DNA of 63,823 bases, counting the filler, from Chiloscyllium plagiosum (lineage: Eukaryota): NCBI RefSeq assembly GCF_004010195.1. It is 5 parts of one record of this genome, joined end to end, with 100 filler letters (N's around TTAATTAATTAA, not from the genome) between each part and the next. Parts side by side here need not be neighbours in the genome. Positions count along the whole stretch, not along the records: positions 1 to 18,578 come from NC_057717.1; 4 more parts are not named here. The stretch is one strand, 5' to 3'. The notes beneath the pieces were generated by a model, which was not told the DNA's origin, did no database searches, and was given only the letters and a program-made list of their open reading frames with translations. Positions 1 to 12,770 of the stretch are shown here, one piece after another. Both the position numbers and the translations under genes were made by a program. The stretch's first letter is position 1; every line of letters starts with the position of its first letter.

Positions 1-905
1 ACTCTCTACTTCTACATTGTGGATGGTGGGAAATCTTTGGGTCAAAGAGGTGAGTTTCTTGAAGTAGTGTTACTCGCTCTTATAACCTCTGTATTTACAT
101 GGTGAGCCCTCTTGAATTTCTAGTCAAAGCAACGCCCAGAATGTGATAGAGGGTGACACCATAGAATATCAGGGGGGAATGGTTATTTAGTTTTTTATGG
201 GGGATGGTCATTGCTTGGACTTTATCTGTCTGGTGTGAATATTACTTGCCTTTCGTTAGGCCAATCCTGGTTATTGTCCAGGCTTTGCTGCACTTGGACT
301 TGGACCACTACAGTATATGAGGAGTACTGAATGGTGTTGAACATTGTGCAATTTTCAGTGAATGATCTTGTGATGGAGGGAAGGTCAATGATGAAGCAGC
401 TGAAGATGATTGGACCACAGATCCTGTGCTGAGGGAGCCTTGCAGAGATGTCCTAGAGCTGAGACGACTGACCTCCAGAAACTGCAACCATCTTGTGTGT
501 TTGATATGACTCCAATCAGCAGAGCTTGCCAATGATTTCAGTATCGTTCGGGGTCCTCGATGCCACTCAGTCAAATGTGGCCTTGATGGTGAAGGCTTTC
601 ACTCTCTCCTCACCTCTGGAATTGAGCTCTTCTCTCCATGTTTGACCTAAGGCTCTTATGAGGTGAGGAGCTGAGCGTTTCTGGTGGAACTGAAACTGGG
701 TGTTACTAAGAAGGTGCCAGTACTAGTGATGACACCTTCCATCACCTTACTGATTGAGATTTGACTGATATGATGATAATTCACTGACTTGGGCCTGTGT
801 TGTTTTTTACATACAGGACATGCCTCGGCAGTTTTCCACAGGTGGGGTAAAGGTCAATGTTGTAGCTGCACTGGAAGAGCTTGATGAGGATGTGGCAAGT
901 TTTGG
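1..905 (-). mobile_element. Degenerate L2/CR1-group LINE RT fragment in an intron of the NLR gene
   Basis: Minus strand reads ELNSRGEERVKAFTIKATFD*V (cf. ALDIKAAFDRVWH) and FTENCTMFNTI (cf. FADDCT); many stops. Same family at ~34.1-35.8 kb and 53.3-57.0 kb. Confidence 0.75.
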
Positions 906-2014
906 AGCAGAAGTTTTCATTCCTGTTGTCTACATGTTATCAGGACCTGTGGACTTTGCTGTCAGTCGTTGACTGCATGCATGTATTCATCCAACAAAGC
1001 TTCCACGCAGCATACAGCAGATTACATCAAGAAGGACTGTCATTCTCAAATAGGAATAGATTTGTGACTGCTACAAACAAATCCCTCATGACTGCAAGCT
1101 CCCACGATACCTACATATTGTGGCAATCCTGTGTGCTTGACCTTTTCAGGCTGTCACTTTGGCATCAAGGCTTGGTACTGGATGACAGGACATAACAACA
1201 GTTTAGTAGCATTGCCACTGAATTAGTAGTCCAAAGCATGTATCTCATTTACAGGTCTGAAGACAGGAGGATGTTGGAATGCTACCCACTTGATTGAATC
1301 AGTGCTGTTCCAATAACACATGCAGCTCCACATCAACAAAGGAACAAGGGAATCCACTCACACCATCACCAATGCACTGTATTAGCTGTGTGACCTGTAC
1401 ATAAGATGAACTACTGTTGCTTATGAACACTTTTCCTTTTCTTCCACTTGGGGCATTGATATCTGGAAAAACCTTTCCACCCTGGAAGAACAAAGTCAGC
1501 AAACATATGTGAAGGTGGCATCACCTGCAAATTCCCTCCAAGCTCCACACCATCCTGACATGGAATCATATCATTGTCCCTTTTGCGGACACTGGATCAA
1601 CATCCTAGCATGACCTTCAGATCAGTATTGTGGATGCACTTACACCAGATGGTCAGCAGCAAGTCAAATGTATCTCACAAATACATTCTCCAGGACCTTG
1701 AGGCTGGATAACAAAGGCTGGCTTTGCTCGAGACACACAAGCATAAACAAAAGCCATCGGTACTGACTGACGTATACTCGGGCCAATGCCTCTACATCGA
1801 ACACAAGCAGATGAGAGAGACACCCACCAAAATTCTTGTGTCTTGGTGGTGTGCTGTGTTCTGTGTGAGCAGAAGCTCCAATGGCAGAAGGCTTTGAACA
1901 ATGAGGAAATCCCTCAGTTCTGACACCTTGAACAATCCAGAGCCAGAATCTGTTAACCAACCACTATGCAATGAAGAGTCCCAGGGATCACAGACAAGGC
2001 GATGCCAAATTATA

Positions 2015-2325
2015 GAACGCCTAGTGTGGAAACAGGCCCTTCGGCCCAACAAGTCCACACTGACCCTCTGAAAAGTAACCGACGTACACCCATTTAGCTA
2101 CCTTATATTTACCTGAGTAATGTATCGAACCTTCACATCCCTGAACACCTATGGTCAATTTAGCATGGCCAATTCAACTAATCTGCACTTCTTCGGAGGA
2201 AACTGAAGAACCTAGAGGAAACCCACAAAGGCAGTGTACAAATTCCACACATAATCCCCTGAGGTTTGCATTGAACCTGGTCCCTGGCGTTGTGAGGCAG
2301 CAGTGCTAACCACCGAGCCACCATG
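2015..2325 (-). mobile_element. tRNA-derived SINE, HE1/V-SINE type
   Basis: Reverse complement has A-box head (ggtggctcggtggttagcactgctgcctcac), B-box (ggttcaat), central domain and CR1-like tail (gggccgaagggcctgtttccacact). Confidence 0.85.
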
Positions 2326-3929
2326 ATGTGTGCGAGGAAGACTCGAGATTCAGTAATTTCAACTGAGGCACAGTGAACTGAGGCTGACTCTCTCATCCCT
2401 TCAATATAATGTTTTCCACCTTTTGCTAGCCCTGATACTGTTTGAATGTCTTGACTATCTCTTGGACCCATCACTGTATGAAACACAGATAGGAGCCAGT
2501 GATCCAGAGGTATGGAAAATGAAAGGGTTTTGTTGTCACCTAACTTCTCTCAGAATTCATTGAAAATGCCTAATGCAGCAAGGTGACATTTCACATGACT
2601 ATGCTTTTCTGTTAAATCTAAGGGTTTCAAGGTGAACTTTTAAAGGTTGTGCCTCAGCGCTGTCAGTTGAAGTGATCAGCAAGGTGCTGATCGCTTTCCT
2701 CCATGAAGTTTGATAATGTGACTCTCCTCTAGTTGCCTGAAGCCTGGAGGATGCTGACCACAGGACAGCCTTCGACATGGATACTGGTGTCATATTCAGG
2801 AGATGAGAATCGGCTGGCTCACTGGGAGTGCCTGTAGGAAACCATAGCCCCCCAACTCCTCCCAGATGCTGCCAGCAGCTGCTGCTATACCCTGTCAATG
2901 CACGTTAGACCCTCCTTAATCACTCCTCCTGAGGTCTCCAAGCTTATGGAATTGCAATGCTGCTGTGGAGGTTTGGCCAACAACTGGATGGGGATCTCTC
3001 TTTCTACTACTTTCACTTTTGCCCTTGGTCACATGATAAGCCTACAGTTTAACCTTGTAGCCTTTCCAGAAGACATCCGGTTATTGATCTTTTTTGTTAC
3101 TGCAACCAAATGCCCCATGCTTGCTCACCTTCTCAGCAATCTGTCTGAACCTGCCTGCATTGACTTGTTGATCTTCTCCTCCAGTCTTGATACAATAGGG
3201 ACTGTTGCAGCCTGGAGGAGCTTCAATGAATCTGAAAGTCACCCAGATCTAGCTGTTGCCATTTCAGCTCTTTGCTAGTAACCAGTGATCCCTGGCTGGT
3301 CACTCCAGAACTGCTGTTTGAAAGTGCTGCTGACTGCCTTTAAAAAATGGCCCCATCATTGCCTGAACTGGGGGGTCCTCTGCTCACACTGAATGGATGA
3401 CTCTCCCCTGCCTGTCAGCTGTTAAATGTCCGTCTCTGATAATATTGCATTCATGTGTCTGCCTGCCCTATCCATATGGCCACACCTCCTGATTCCAGTC
3501 CTGTTCCCAGGATTTCATAGTTTCCAGTAATATCATGACCCTTATCTTCAACATCAGCACCAACACCACTCCTGCTTCACTGCACTTATCCCATTATCCT
3601 TCCTAACAAGTTGGGAGAAGAATGTGAGGATGCAGAGGTTCTGTTTTGCACCCCTATCCTTTTATTTAATTACTCCTGCACTATATTTTGTTCTTTGATT
3701 CCCTCCCATTCCCCTCCACTTACTTTGCTATAAAACCCTTTCATTTGCTACTTTTTCCAGTTCTGATGAAAGCATGCAGCACTTGGACATTTAATTTTAC
3801 AGGATCAAACAACTTTTCTTCTCAGTGAAGTCTTGAACTTCACATTGTACATTATTATTGTCCTGAAGAATGTTGTGTATTTACCCTCATTCCTCTTTTT
3901 CCTCTGATTCCCTCACCCACCTCCCCAAG

Positions 3930-4097
3930 ACTGCAGAATAATGGTATCACTGACTCTTGTACCAAGCATCTTGCCTCTGCTCTCAGTACAAACCAATCAT
4001 GGACACATTTGGATCTGACATCAAACTTCCTCACGGACATATCCGTGCCCACTCTCATCCGCCTCACACAGAGCTGTAAGCGCCTACAGGAGATTGC
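3930..4097 (+). CDS. Penultimate exon of an NLR-type (NLRP/NLRC3-like) LRR gene; two ribonuclease-inhibitor-type LRRs
   Basis: Pyrimidine tract and AG at 3928-3929; 168-bp phase-2/phase-2 exon; GTGAGT donor at 4098. Translates LQNNGITDSCTKHLASALSTNQSWTHLDLTSNFLTDISVPTLIRLTQSCKRLQEI (LxxNxI/LxD LRR motifs). 168-171-bp phase-2 exons are typical of NLR LRR regions. Confidence 0.9.
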
Positions 4098-4244
4098 GTG
4101 AGTATTTGTTGATTTTTAATATAATGAATAGGATTCATTAAATGTTGGGATTAATATTTATAGATTTGTATTATTGCAAGATAAACTCCAGTTTCCTCGT
4201 TATTTACACTAACTTTTCCTCCTCATTTAATTTTCATATTTCAG

Positions 4245-4332
4245 ATTATGGCGCAATCAGTTCAGTTCAAATGGGGCAAGACAGCTGGAATCGCTACGGT
4301 CACTGAGACCCAACCTGTTTGTATACATGTGA
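4245..4332 (+). CDS. Terminal coding exon of the same NLR/LRR gene
   Basis: Acceptor ttttcatatttcag ends at 4244; phase matches the previous exon (GC|A). Translates LWRNQFSSNGARQLESLRSLRPNLFVYM*, with TGA at 4330-4332. Confidence 0.85.
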
Positions 4333-5363
4333 GCATTCCAATTTCTCTCATCACTGCTCTCACCGTTTGAACAAATGTGATTTAATTTCCTTCCCCCTCC
4401 TCTTTAAGTGACCATGCTTAAGGTTGAAATCCTATTGGCTGTTGCCGGGTCTCCAGCCTCAAGCTGAGAGAGGGTCATCTCCCATTCTGAGGTTAGAGGC
4501 CCAGCCACAGGGTCAGGAGAGTCAGGGATCCAGCCCCACAGTGCAACTTCTGTAGGATATCCAGATCTCAATGTTGCCCCAATGAGAAATACGCAATCAG
4601 AAAGAAGCCATTATGGGGCTCACTGGGCTGCACAGGGGTACTGACATGTATACTCAGGGCTTGGAGGTGAAGTCCAATGGGTTCCTATATGATATCTGTG
4701 CCCAGTAACTCTGCTTGGGAAGTGAACTTGCATATGTTTAGGATAGGATCGCTTCAGCTGGGATAGATTCTATCCTTCAAAAGGGTCAAATATCTACCTC
4801 AAAGAGAACCTTAGGGAGAATATTTTGTTGCAGCACAATCCAGTGGATTGTACAACCCGTGAATTACACTGAAATTCTAAATACGTTTCTGCATTACCTC
4901 AGTCAGAAAGGAGCAATTCCAGTGGCCCATGATTTGGGTTGGAACAACACAGGCTGGAGTTTCATGTCAGGACCTTGTGAAAACCAGGATATAAAACAGA
5001 CTGTATGGCAATTGACTGGGAAATTGAAAACCCATTATTTGGAACCATCCTAAAGAATCCACTAAAGCTGGAAAACATGGAAGGTACCACTCTGAATTGT
5101 TATTAGTTACTCAAGAAATGTTAGACAGTGAGGACTCCAACCTAATACATTTATATAGTCTTTTTGGCGACTGCTTGCCCTGACATAATGCTGCGCCTGC
5201 CAGGCTTGATCCATGCCCAATACCCCTCTCTGCCAACCATAACAATTTTTTTGAAAGCCTACCACTGGCACGAAAACCCCATCCACCAGCCTCACAGCCC
5301 TAGCACCAGTCAACTTGAGCCTCCCATAAACAGTCAACCATTTTTATGGCCCTCTAACTCCTG

Positions 5364-5369
5364 AATAAA
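5364..5369 (+). promoter_or_regulatory. Candidate polyadenylation signal of the NLR gene
   Basis: First AATAAA seen downstream of the stop codon; more occur at ~5667 and 5710-5735, so usage is uncertain. Confidence 0.3.
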
Positions 5370-7104
5370 CTGCCACCTGACCCCCACACTAACATGCTTA
5401 CTTTCACAGCAGCTGTCAGGCTCCAGCTGGACTGCTGGCTATTCAAATCGTGGACTCGACACACATCTGTAAATAACGGGGGGCTTTCAGACCCTGATGG
5501 ATCTAGAATACATTGTTGTTCCCTGCTTTCTTTTACACTCCGATGCTATGTGGTTTGACCATTCTGTCCTCAGTCTTGTATAACAAGGGACCAAGTTTCA
5601 TTGTAATTGGCAGATTTCAATAATCACAAAATGGGAAAAGAGTTGCCAAGAGCAACTAGGGACAGCAATAAACGCTGGCCAGCCAGCAACACCCACATCA
5701 CACAAAACGAATAAATAAGAAAACACTTAAATAAAAGATTCAAGGAGACAGCCCAACAGCAACATCAGTTTCATTAAAGCATACGCCATAGAATACAAAA
5801 AGAAGAGAGTTAGGCTGAGCTGACAAGACAGTTGTCAGATAGCACCCAGTTTTAATCATTCATGGATGTGGGGTTCACTGGCTGGGCTGTCTCTTATTGC
5901 CCCTGTGAAGATGGTAGTGAGCTCACATCCTTAATCGCTCCAGTTTCTTGGAATATTGCGTGCAGTTGTGTCAGGGATCAGAGCCTTAAATTATGAGCAT
6001 GGATTTGCTAGATTGAGATTTGTTTGTGTTGGAGATCTGATGGAACATTTCAAAACCATGAGAGCTCTGAATTGAACTGATTTTGGGGAGGTGGGTNNNN
6101 NNNNNNNNNNNNNNNNNNNNNNNNNNNNNNNNNNNNNNNNNNNNNNNNNNNNNNNNNNNNNNNNNNNNNNNNNNNNNNNNNNNNNNNNNNNNNNNNNNNN
6201 NNNNNNNNNNNNNNNNNNNNNNNNNNNNNNNNNNNNNNNNNNNNNNNNNNNNNNNNNNNNNNNNNNNNNNNNNNNNNNNNNNNNNNNNNNNNNNNNNNNN
6301 NNNNNNNNNNNNNNNNNNNNNNNNNNNNNNNNNNNNNNNNNNNNNNNNNNNNNNNNNNNNNNNNNNNNNNNNNNNNNNNNNNNNNNNNNNNNNNNNNNNN
6401 NNNNNNNNNNNNNNNNNNNNNNNNNNNNNNNNNNNNNNNNAGAATTTGAAGATGATATACAAATTGACAATGGAGTTAACAGGGAAGAGAATTGTTCCAA
6501 ACTTTAGTAGGATACAGGTAGAAGCTGTTTCCAATTGGTCTGAGGATGAAAGTGGTCCACGGAATTCCAGAGTTTGTCTCATTAAAACATTCACAGCAAG
6601 ACTTCCTACATATGATGGACGATTAATATGAAGCACAGAATTCTAGTGAATTAGACATGGAGAGATGAGAGCTTTCTGTTTGTCATACTGAGCAAAATCG
6701 TCACCCAATGCCCTTGGGAGGAGAGGCCTAGCCTTTATTTTACCAAGATCACACCCTGACACTGAAAACGCACAAAGTAACTCAGGGATGGGCATTTAGA
6801 AAATGTGAGGCCTTCCTCAGAATCTTAGATTTTTAATTTGTAATCTGACTATTTTCATGCAGAGGGTGGGAGTTTATCGAATACCACACATTGTCCCATC
6901 ATAAATTCAGATTTTGTGAAAATAACAAAATGTACAACTAAACAATCCACTCTACAGATGTGTGTGTGTGTGTCTCAGTGTAAGTGAGTATGTTATTGAG
7001 TATATTTGAGTTAAAGAGTGCTCTTAAGGTGTGTGTACGATTTACAGTCTGCTGATGAGTATGTATGGTTCCACATGTGTGGGGGTGTTGTAACATCAGC
7101 GAGA

Positions 7105-7295
7105 AAGAGAAGATTGCAGGTGCTGGAGATCAGTCCAAACATTTGGGTGTTGGAAAAGCACAGCCGGAGAGCCAGCATCTGAGTAACAGGAAAGTCGACG
7201 TTTCAAGCATAAGCTCTTCATCAGAAACTCTGGAAGAGTGTATACTCAAAACGTCATTCTCCTGCTCCTCGGATGCTTTCTGACTAGTTGTGTAG
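7105..7295. mobile_element. Inverted pair of PLE terminal-repeat fragments (family 1)
   Basis: 7105-7224 (-) and 7228-7295 (+) both match the PLE terminal repeat at 10320-10445. Confidence 0.75.
7197..7224 (-). ncRNA. Minimal hammerhead ribozyme motif (PLE family 1)
   Basis: Minus strand: CTGATGA-A-GAGC-TTAT-GCTT-GAAA-C-GTC; complete core, stem II, and palindromic ACGT in place of helix III. Confidence 0.7.
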
Positions 7296-7364
7296 TTATG
7301 TGAGACTGTCAGTGACTGACAAATTGAGGGTCCATGACTAAGTATGTTTGTGTGCAAGCCATAC

Positions 7365-7469
7365 ATTCATAGCCATAGACCTGTATAGCACAGAAATCGA
7401 CTCTTTAACCCAACTCTGTCAAGCCAACCAAATATCCTAAATTAATCTAGATTCATTTGCCAGCACTTG
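7365..7469 (-). mobile_element. CR1/HER1-type LINE 3' tail, split by the PLE insertion (continues at ~10447-10565)
   Basis: ...atttgccagcactt | catatccttctaagctgttcctat... joins into a continuous CR1 3' end like that at 11065-11330. Confidence 0.7.
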
Positions 7470-10445
7470 AGGCCACTCCCACAGCCACTTCCGCCCCTCA
7501 CAATTCCTCATGCACCACACTTGACATCACTTCTGCCCCTCACATCATTGCTGATGTCACACGCTCAGTGACTTCTGCCCCCGCCACTGCCCTGTTTGCC
7601 ACCACTTCTGCCCACACCAACGCCACTCACCTGCATTCTGCTGACATGGCCCTCCACAGATCCCACTGTCACCATCTCCGCCCCCCAGAACCCTGAGGGG
7701 AAAACTACCCCTGCTCATGACTCCACCCCCATTCCCCCCCATCATCACACCCGCTCCTGTTACAGGCTCCGACCCACTTCCAGCTCCACACCTACACCAG
7801 ATCCCAGCTCCCAGCCCTGCCGAGTTTTCACCATCCCTCCCGACCTTCCCCTCACTGCGGAGAAACGATCAGTCCTCAGCAAAGGACGCACCTTCATCCC
7901 CCTCCATCCACGCATCAATAAATTTAATACATGCCGTGACATCAAACAATTCTTCCGCCGCCTCCGCCTCCGAGCTTACTTTCACAATCAGGGCACTTTC
8001 CAAGGACCCCTTCGCCCACCTCCAACACACTCCATCCACCTGGGCACCCCGCGCTGGCCTATTACCCGCCCTCGACCTCTTCATTTCCAACTGCCACCAG
8101 GACATTTACCGCCTCAACCTGTCTACCTCCCTCCTCCACTCCAACCTCTCACCCTCACAACGCGTAGCCCTCCAATCCTCTGCTCCAATCCTGACCTCAC
8201 CATCAAGCCAGCAGATAAAGGGGGCGCAGTGGTAGTCTGGCGCACTGACCTCTACACCGCTGAAGCCAAACGCCAACTTGAGGACACCTCTTCCAACCGC
8301 CCCCCTGGCCATGACTCAACCCCCATCACCAAACCATCATCTCCCAGACCACACAGAACCTCATGAGCTCAGGAGATCTCCCACCCACAGCTTCCAACCT
8401 CATAGTCCGGGAACCCAGCACTGCCCGGTTCTACCTCCTTCCCAAGATCCACAAGCCTGACCACCCTGGCCGACCCATTGTCTCATCATGCCCCTGACCC
8501 ATTGAACTCATTTCTACCTACCTTGACACTGTCCTATCCCCCCTAGTCCAGGAACTCCCCACATACGTTCGAGACACCACCCACGCCCTCCACCTCCTCC
8601 AAGACTTCTGTTTCCTCGGCCCCCAATGCCTCATCTTCACCATGGATATCCAATCCCTCTATGCCTCCATCCGCCATGAACAGGACCTCCAAGCCCTCTA
8701 TTTCTCCCAACGTCCCCAACAGTACCCTTCCACCGACACTCTCATTCGTTTGGCCGAACTGGTCCTTACCCTTAACAATTTCTCCTTCGAATTCTCCCAC
8801 TTCCTCCAGACCAAAGGGGTAGCCATGGGCACCCGTATGGGCCCCAGCTATGCCTGTCTCTTTGTTGGCTACATAGAACAGTCGATCTTCCGTAATTACA
8901 CCGGCNNNNNNNNNNNNNNNNNNNNNNNNNNNNNNNNNNNNNNNNNNNNNNNNNNNNNNNNNNNNNNNNNNNNNNNNNNNNNNNNNNNNNNNNNNNNNNN
9001 NNNNNNNNNNNNNNNNNNNNNNNNNNNNNNNNNNNNNNNNNNNNNNNNNNNNNNNNNNNNNNNNNNNNNNNNNNNNNNNNNNNNNNNNNNNNNNNNNNNN
9101 NNNNNNNNNNNNNNNNNNNNNNNNNNNNNNNNNNNNNNNNNNNNNNNNNNNNNNNNNNNNNNNNNNNNNNNNNNNNNNNNNNNNNNNNNNNNNNNNNNNN
9201 NNNNNNNNNNNNNNNNNNNNNNNNNNNNNNNNNNNNNNNNNNNNNNNNNNNNNNNNNNNNNNNNNNNNNNNNNNNNNNNNNNNNNNNNNNNNNNNNNNNN
9301 NNNNNNNNNNNNNNNNNNNNNNNNNNNNNNNNNNNNNNNNNNNNNNNNNNNNNNNNNNNNNNNNNNNNNNNNNNNNNNNNNNNNNNNNNNNNNNNNNNNN
9401 NNNNNNNNNNNNNNNNNNNNNNNNNNNNNNNNNNNNNNNNNNNNNNNNNNNNNNNNNNNNNNNNNNNNNNNNNNNTCCCCTTCCTGGACCTCTCCATCTC
9501 CATTAATGACGACCAACTTGATACCGACATTTTTTACAAACCCACCGACTCCCAAAGCTACCTGGATTACACCTCTTCCCACCCTACCTCCTGCAAAAAT
9601 GCCATCCCGTATTCCCAATTCCTCCGCCTCCGAGGACCAGTTACACCACAGAACACACTTCCTTCTTTAGAGATCGCAATTTCCATTCCCAAGTGGTTAA
9701 AGATACCCTCCAATGCATCTCGTCCACATCCCGCACCTCCGCACTCAAACCCCACCTCTCCAACCGTAACAAGGACAGAACGCCCTGGTGCTTACCTTCC
9801 ACTCCACCAACCTTCTCATAAGCCAAATCATCCGCTGACATTTCCGCCACCTCCAAACTTACCCCACCACCAGGTATATATTTCCCTCCCCATCCCTTTC
9901 TGCCTTCTGCAAAGACCGTTCCCTCCATGACTACCTGGTCAGGTCCACGTCCCCCCTTCAACACACCCTTCCATACTGGCACCTTCCCCTGCCACACCAG
10001 GAATTGCAAAAATTGCGCCCACACCTCCTCCCTCACCTTCATCCAAGACCCTAACGGAGCCTTCCACATCCATCAAAGTTTTACCTGCACATCCACCAAT
10101 ATCATTTATTGTAGCTGTTGCTCCCGATGCGGTCTCCTCTACACTGGGGAGACTGGACGCCTCCTGGCAGAGCTCTTTAGGGAACATCTCCGGGACACCC
10201 GCACCAATCAACCACAGCGCCCTGTGGCCAACATTTCAATTCTCCCTCCCACTCTGCCGAGGACATGGAGGTCCTGGACCTCCATCCCCCTCTCACTTAT
10301 CTCTCCACCCTTCAGGCTCTCTGCCTGTATTCCTGATGAAGGGCTTTTGCCCGAAAAGTTGATATTACTGCTCCTCGGATGCTGCCTGAACTGCTGTGCT
10401 CTTCCAGCACCACTAATCCAGCATCTGCAGTCATTGTTTTTACCT
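7470..10445 (+). mobile_element. Penelope-like retroelement (RT + GIY-YIG), frameshifted, with 3' terminal repeat; contains an assembly gap
   Basis: IKPADKGGAVVV, FYLLPKIHKP, MDIQSLY, QTKGVAMGTRMGPSYA (PLE RT); CHTRNCKNCAH...IIYC..C..C.LLYTGETGR....FREH (CCHH + GIY-YIG); terminal repeat with ctgatgaagggcttttgcccgaaa at 10333-10356. Confidence 0.95.
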
Positions 10446-10569
10446 ACATATCCTTCTAAGCTGTTCCTATTTATATATCCATCAAGGTGCATTTTTAAAT
10501 GTTGTAATTGTACTAGCTTCCACCACTTCCTCTGGCAGCTCATTCCATGCATACACCACACTCTGTCCC

Positions 10570-11010
10570 ATGCAGAGATGTTGTTTTGCCTGGGCCAGTA
10601 GTCAGAAGAATGAGAGGGGGAGACCTGATCAAAACCTATCCAGTTCCAACAGCTGGACAGACTAGATGCAGGGAGGATGTTTTCCCTGGTGAGAGAGTGT
10701 CCAACCAAACATCACAGTCTCAAGATATGGGCTAGACAACTTCGAATGGAGATGAAAAGAGATTTCTTCACTTAGAGTGATCAACCTGTGGAAGTTTTTC
10801 TCACAGAAGGTTGTGGAGGTCAAATCAGTCAATATATTCAGGAAAAAAGATTGATAATGCTTTCAGAAGTTAAAAACATCACAGATTAATGAGAGAAAGT
10901 GGGAATATGATGCAAAATGAAGGTTCAGCCATGATCATACTGAATGGGGGAGCAGGCTGGAAGGGCTGAATGGCCTATTTCTGCTGCCGGTTTCCATGTT
11001 TCTGTTAGTT
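10570..11010 (+). mobile_element. CR1 LINE 3' fragment
   Basis: RRMRGGDLIKTY... and tail gggctgaatggcctatttctgctg. Confidence 0.8.
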
Positions 11011-11064
11011 TAGTATTCTCCTGAAAATTTCATCCTGAAAAGTATCCGTGAATTTACTGGGGAA

Positions 11065-11545
11065 GCACATAAGTCGTACAGCATAGAAACAGACCCTTTG
11101 CTTCAACAAGTCCATGCTGAATGTAATCCCAAACTATATTAGTCCCACCTGCCTTCTCCTGGCCCATATTCCTCCAATCCTTTCCTATTCATATATCTAT
11201 TCAGATGTCTTTTAAATATTGTAATTACACCTGCATCCACCACTTCCGCAGGAAGTTCATTCCACACGTGAACCAGCGTCTGTAAAAACAAAAAAAGCCT
11301 CTCAGTGCTTTTTAAAATCTTTCCTTCTCTCTCTCCATCTCTGTTTCTCACTCACTCTTTCTCTCGCACTCTCTCTCTCATTCTCTCTCTTTCACTCTCT
11401 CACTAACATCCTGTACAACCTCAACTTGAGTTCCAAACCCCAATACTCGAACAATTAAATAATGAAAGTGAGCCAATATGTGACACAAACTTCCAAGAAT
11501 TATATACCTGCAATCCTAGATCCCTCTGTTCTACAACACTTACCT
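11065..11545 (-). mobile_element. CR1 LINE 3' fragments with CT-rich microsatellite
   Basis: VHVWNELPAEVVDAG..TIFKRHL.RYM and EQRDLGLQVYNS on the minus strand. Confidence 0.8.
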
Positions 11546-11554
11546 GGGGCGATA

Positions 11555-12430
11555 GCGTGGACTGCAGATGCTGGAGAGTCAGAGTCGATAAAGTGTGCAA
11601 CTGGAAAAGGCACAGCAGGTCAGGCAGCATCTGAGGAGCAAACGATTTAATGTTTCAGACGGGGAAAGGGGGCTAAGGAATAAATGGTGGGTGGATGTAG
11701 GGCTAAGGAAAGGTTGGTGGGATGGCGATAGGTAGAAGAATGTAGGAGATGATTGTGATATGTCAGTGGGAAGTGTGGAGATGTGGGATTGACAATGGAA
11801 AGATAGGTCAGGTCAAGAGGGCAGTGCTGAGTTGGATGGTTGGATCTGGGGTTCAGGGTGGGGAGATTGTGAAACTGGTGAATTCAATGTTGAGGCCATA
11901 TGGTTTTAGGCTCCCGACACAGAAGATGAGGTGTTCCTCCTCCAATTTGTGGGTGGCATTGTGTAAGCAGTGGAGAAGGCCAAGAATGGACATGTTCATC
12001 GGGGGAATGGAAGGGGAGTTGAAATGGATGGCCACTTTCAGGTGTTGTTTGTTGGTACGTATGAACTAGAGATGTTCACAGAACCATTCTGCAAGGTTGC
12101 ACTCAGTCTTTCTGATGGAGAGGAGACCACATCAAGAAAAACGGATGCCAATAAATGTCTGCCAGATATGGAATGATGCTTTGGGATCTTTGGACGGAGG
12201 TGAGGGGGGAGGTGAGGGGGGAGGTGTGGACACAGGTCTTGTACCTCTTACGGCAGGGGAATGTGTCAGGTATGGAGAGGGGGTTGGTGGGGAGTTTGGA
12301 CCTAACCAGGGACTCACAGAGGGAATGCTGGCTGCATAATGTAGATAGATGTGGGAAGGGATTTTTTTTGGTGGGGTCTGACTGTAGATGGCTAAAATGG
12401 AGCAGGATGATGCACTCGATTTCACTACCC
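11555..12430 (-). mobile_element. Penelope-like element 3' part (GIY-YIG region + terminal repeat), degenerate
   Basis: TFPCRKRYKTCVH, AIHFNS...KLEEEHLIFCVGSLKPYGLNIEF; terminal repeat at ~11555-11660. Confidence 0.85.
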
Positions 12431-12770
12431 AGCGCCCTACCGTTTTTTGTAAAAGTCCCACTTTTATTTGTTGTATGAAAATGCAATACCCAGCCTTTAT
12501 CCATCAATAGTTGTTTACATTCAGTTATTCCTGCATTTTGAAAATGTGATTTTTCTTTGCAGAAACTGGTAATAGCCGGTCTGAGGATGAAAATGATCTA
12601 CAGGATTCCTGATGTTGTCTCAGTAAAGTACTCACAGCAAATATTTTACCCATGATCGTAAATCGCTTGCAAAACAGGTTGATACTTCATGGGGCTTCCC
12701 CATTGTTTGTGGTTCCAGGATGTTAACGTTCTGTGTGATTTATGGACCATATAAATGTAGAAAGGACCAT

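Noticed and set aside
5986..6636. Long ORFs here and at 8642-9670, 22588-22924, 41721-42580 and 57009-58067
   Set aside because: They are open only because they run through N gaps; real parts are retroelement fragments.
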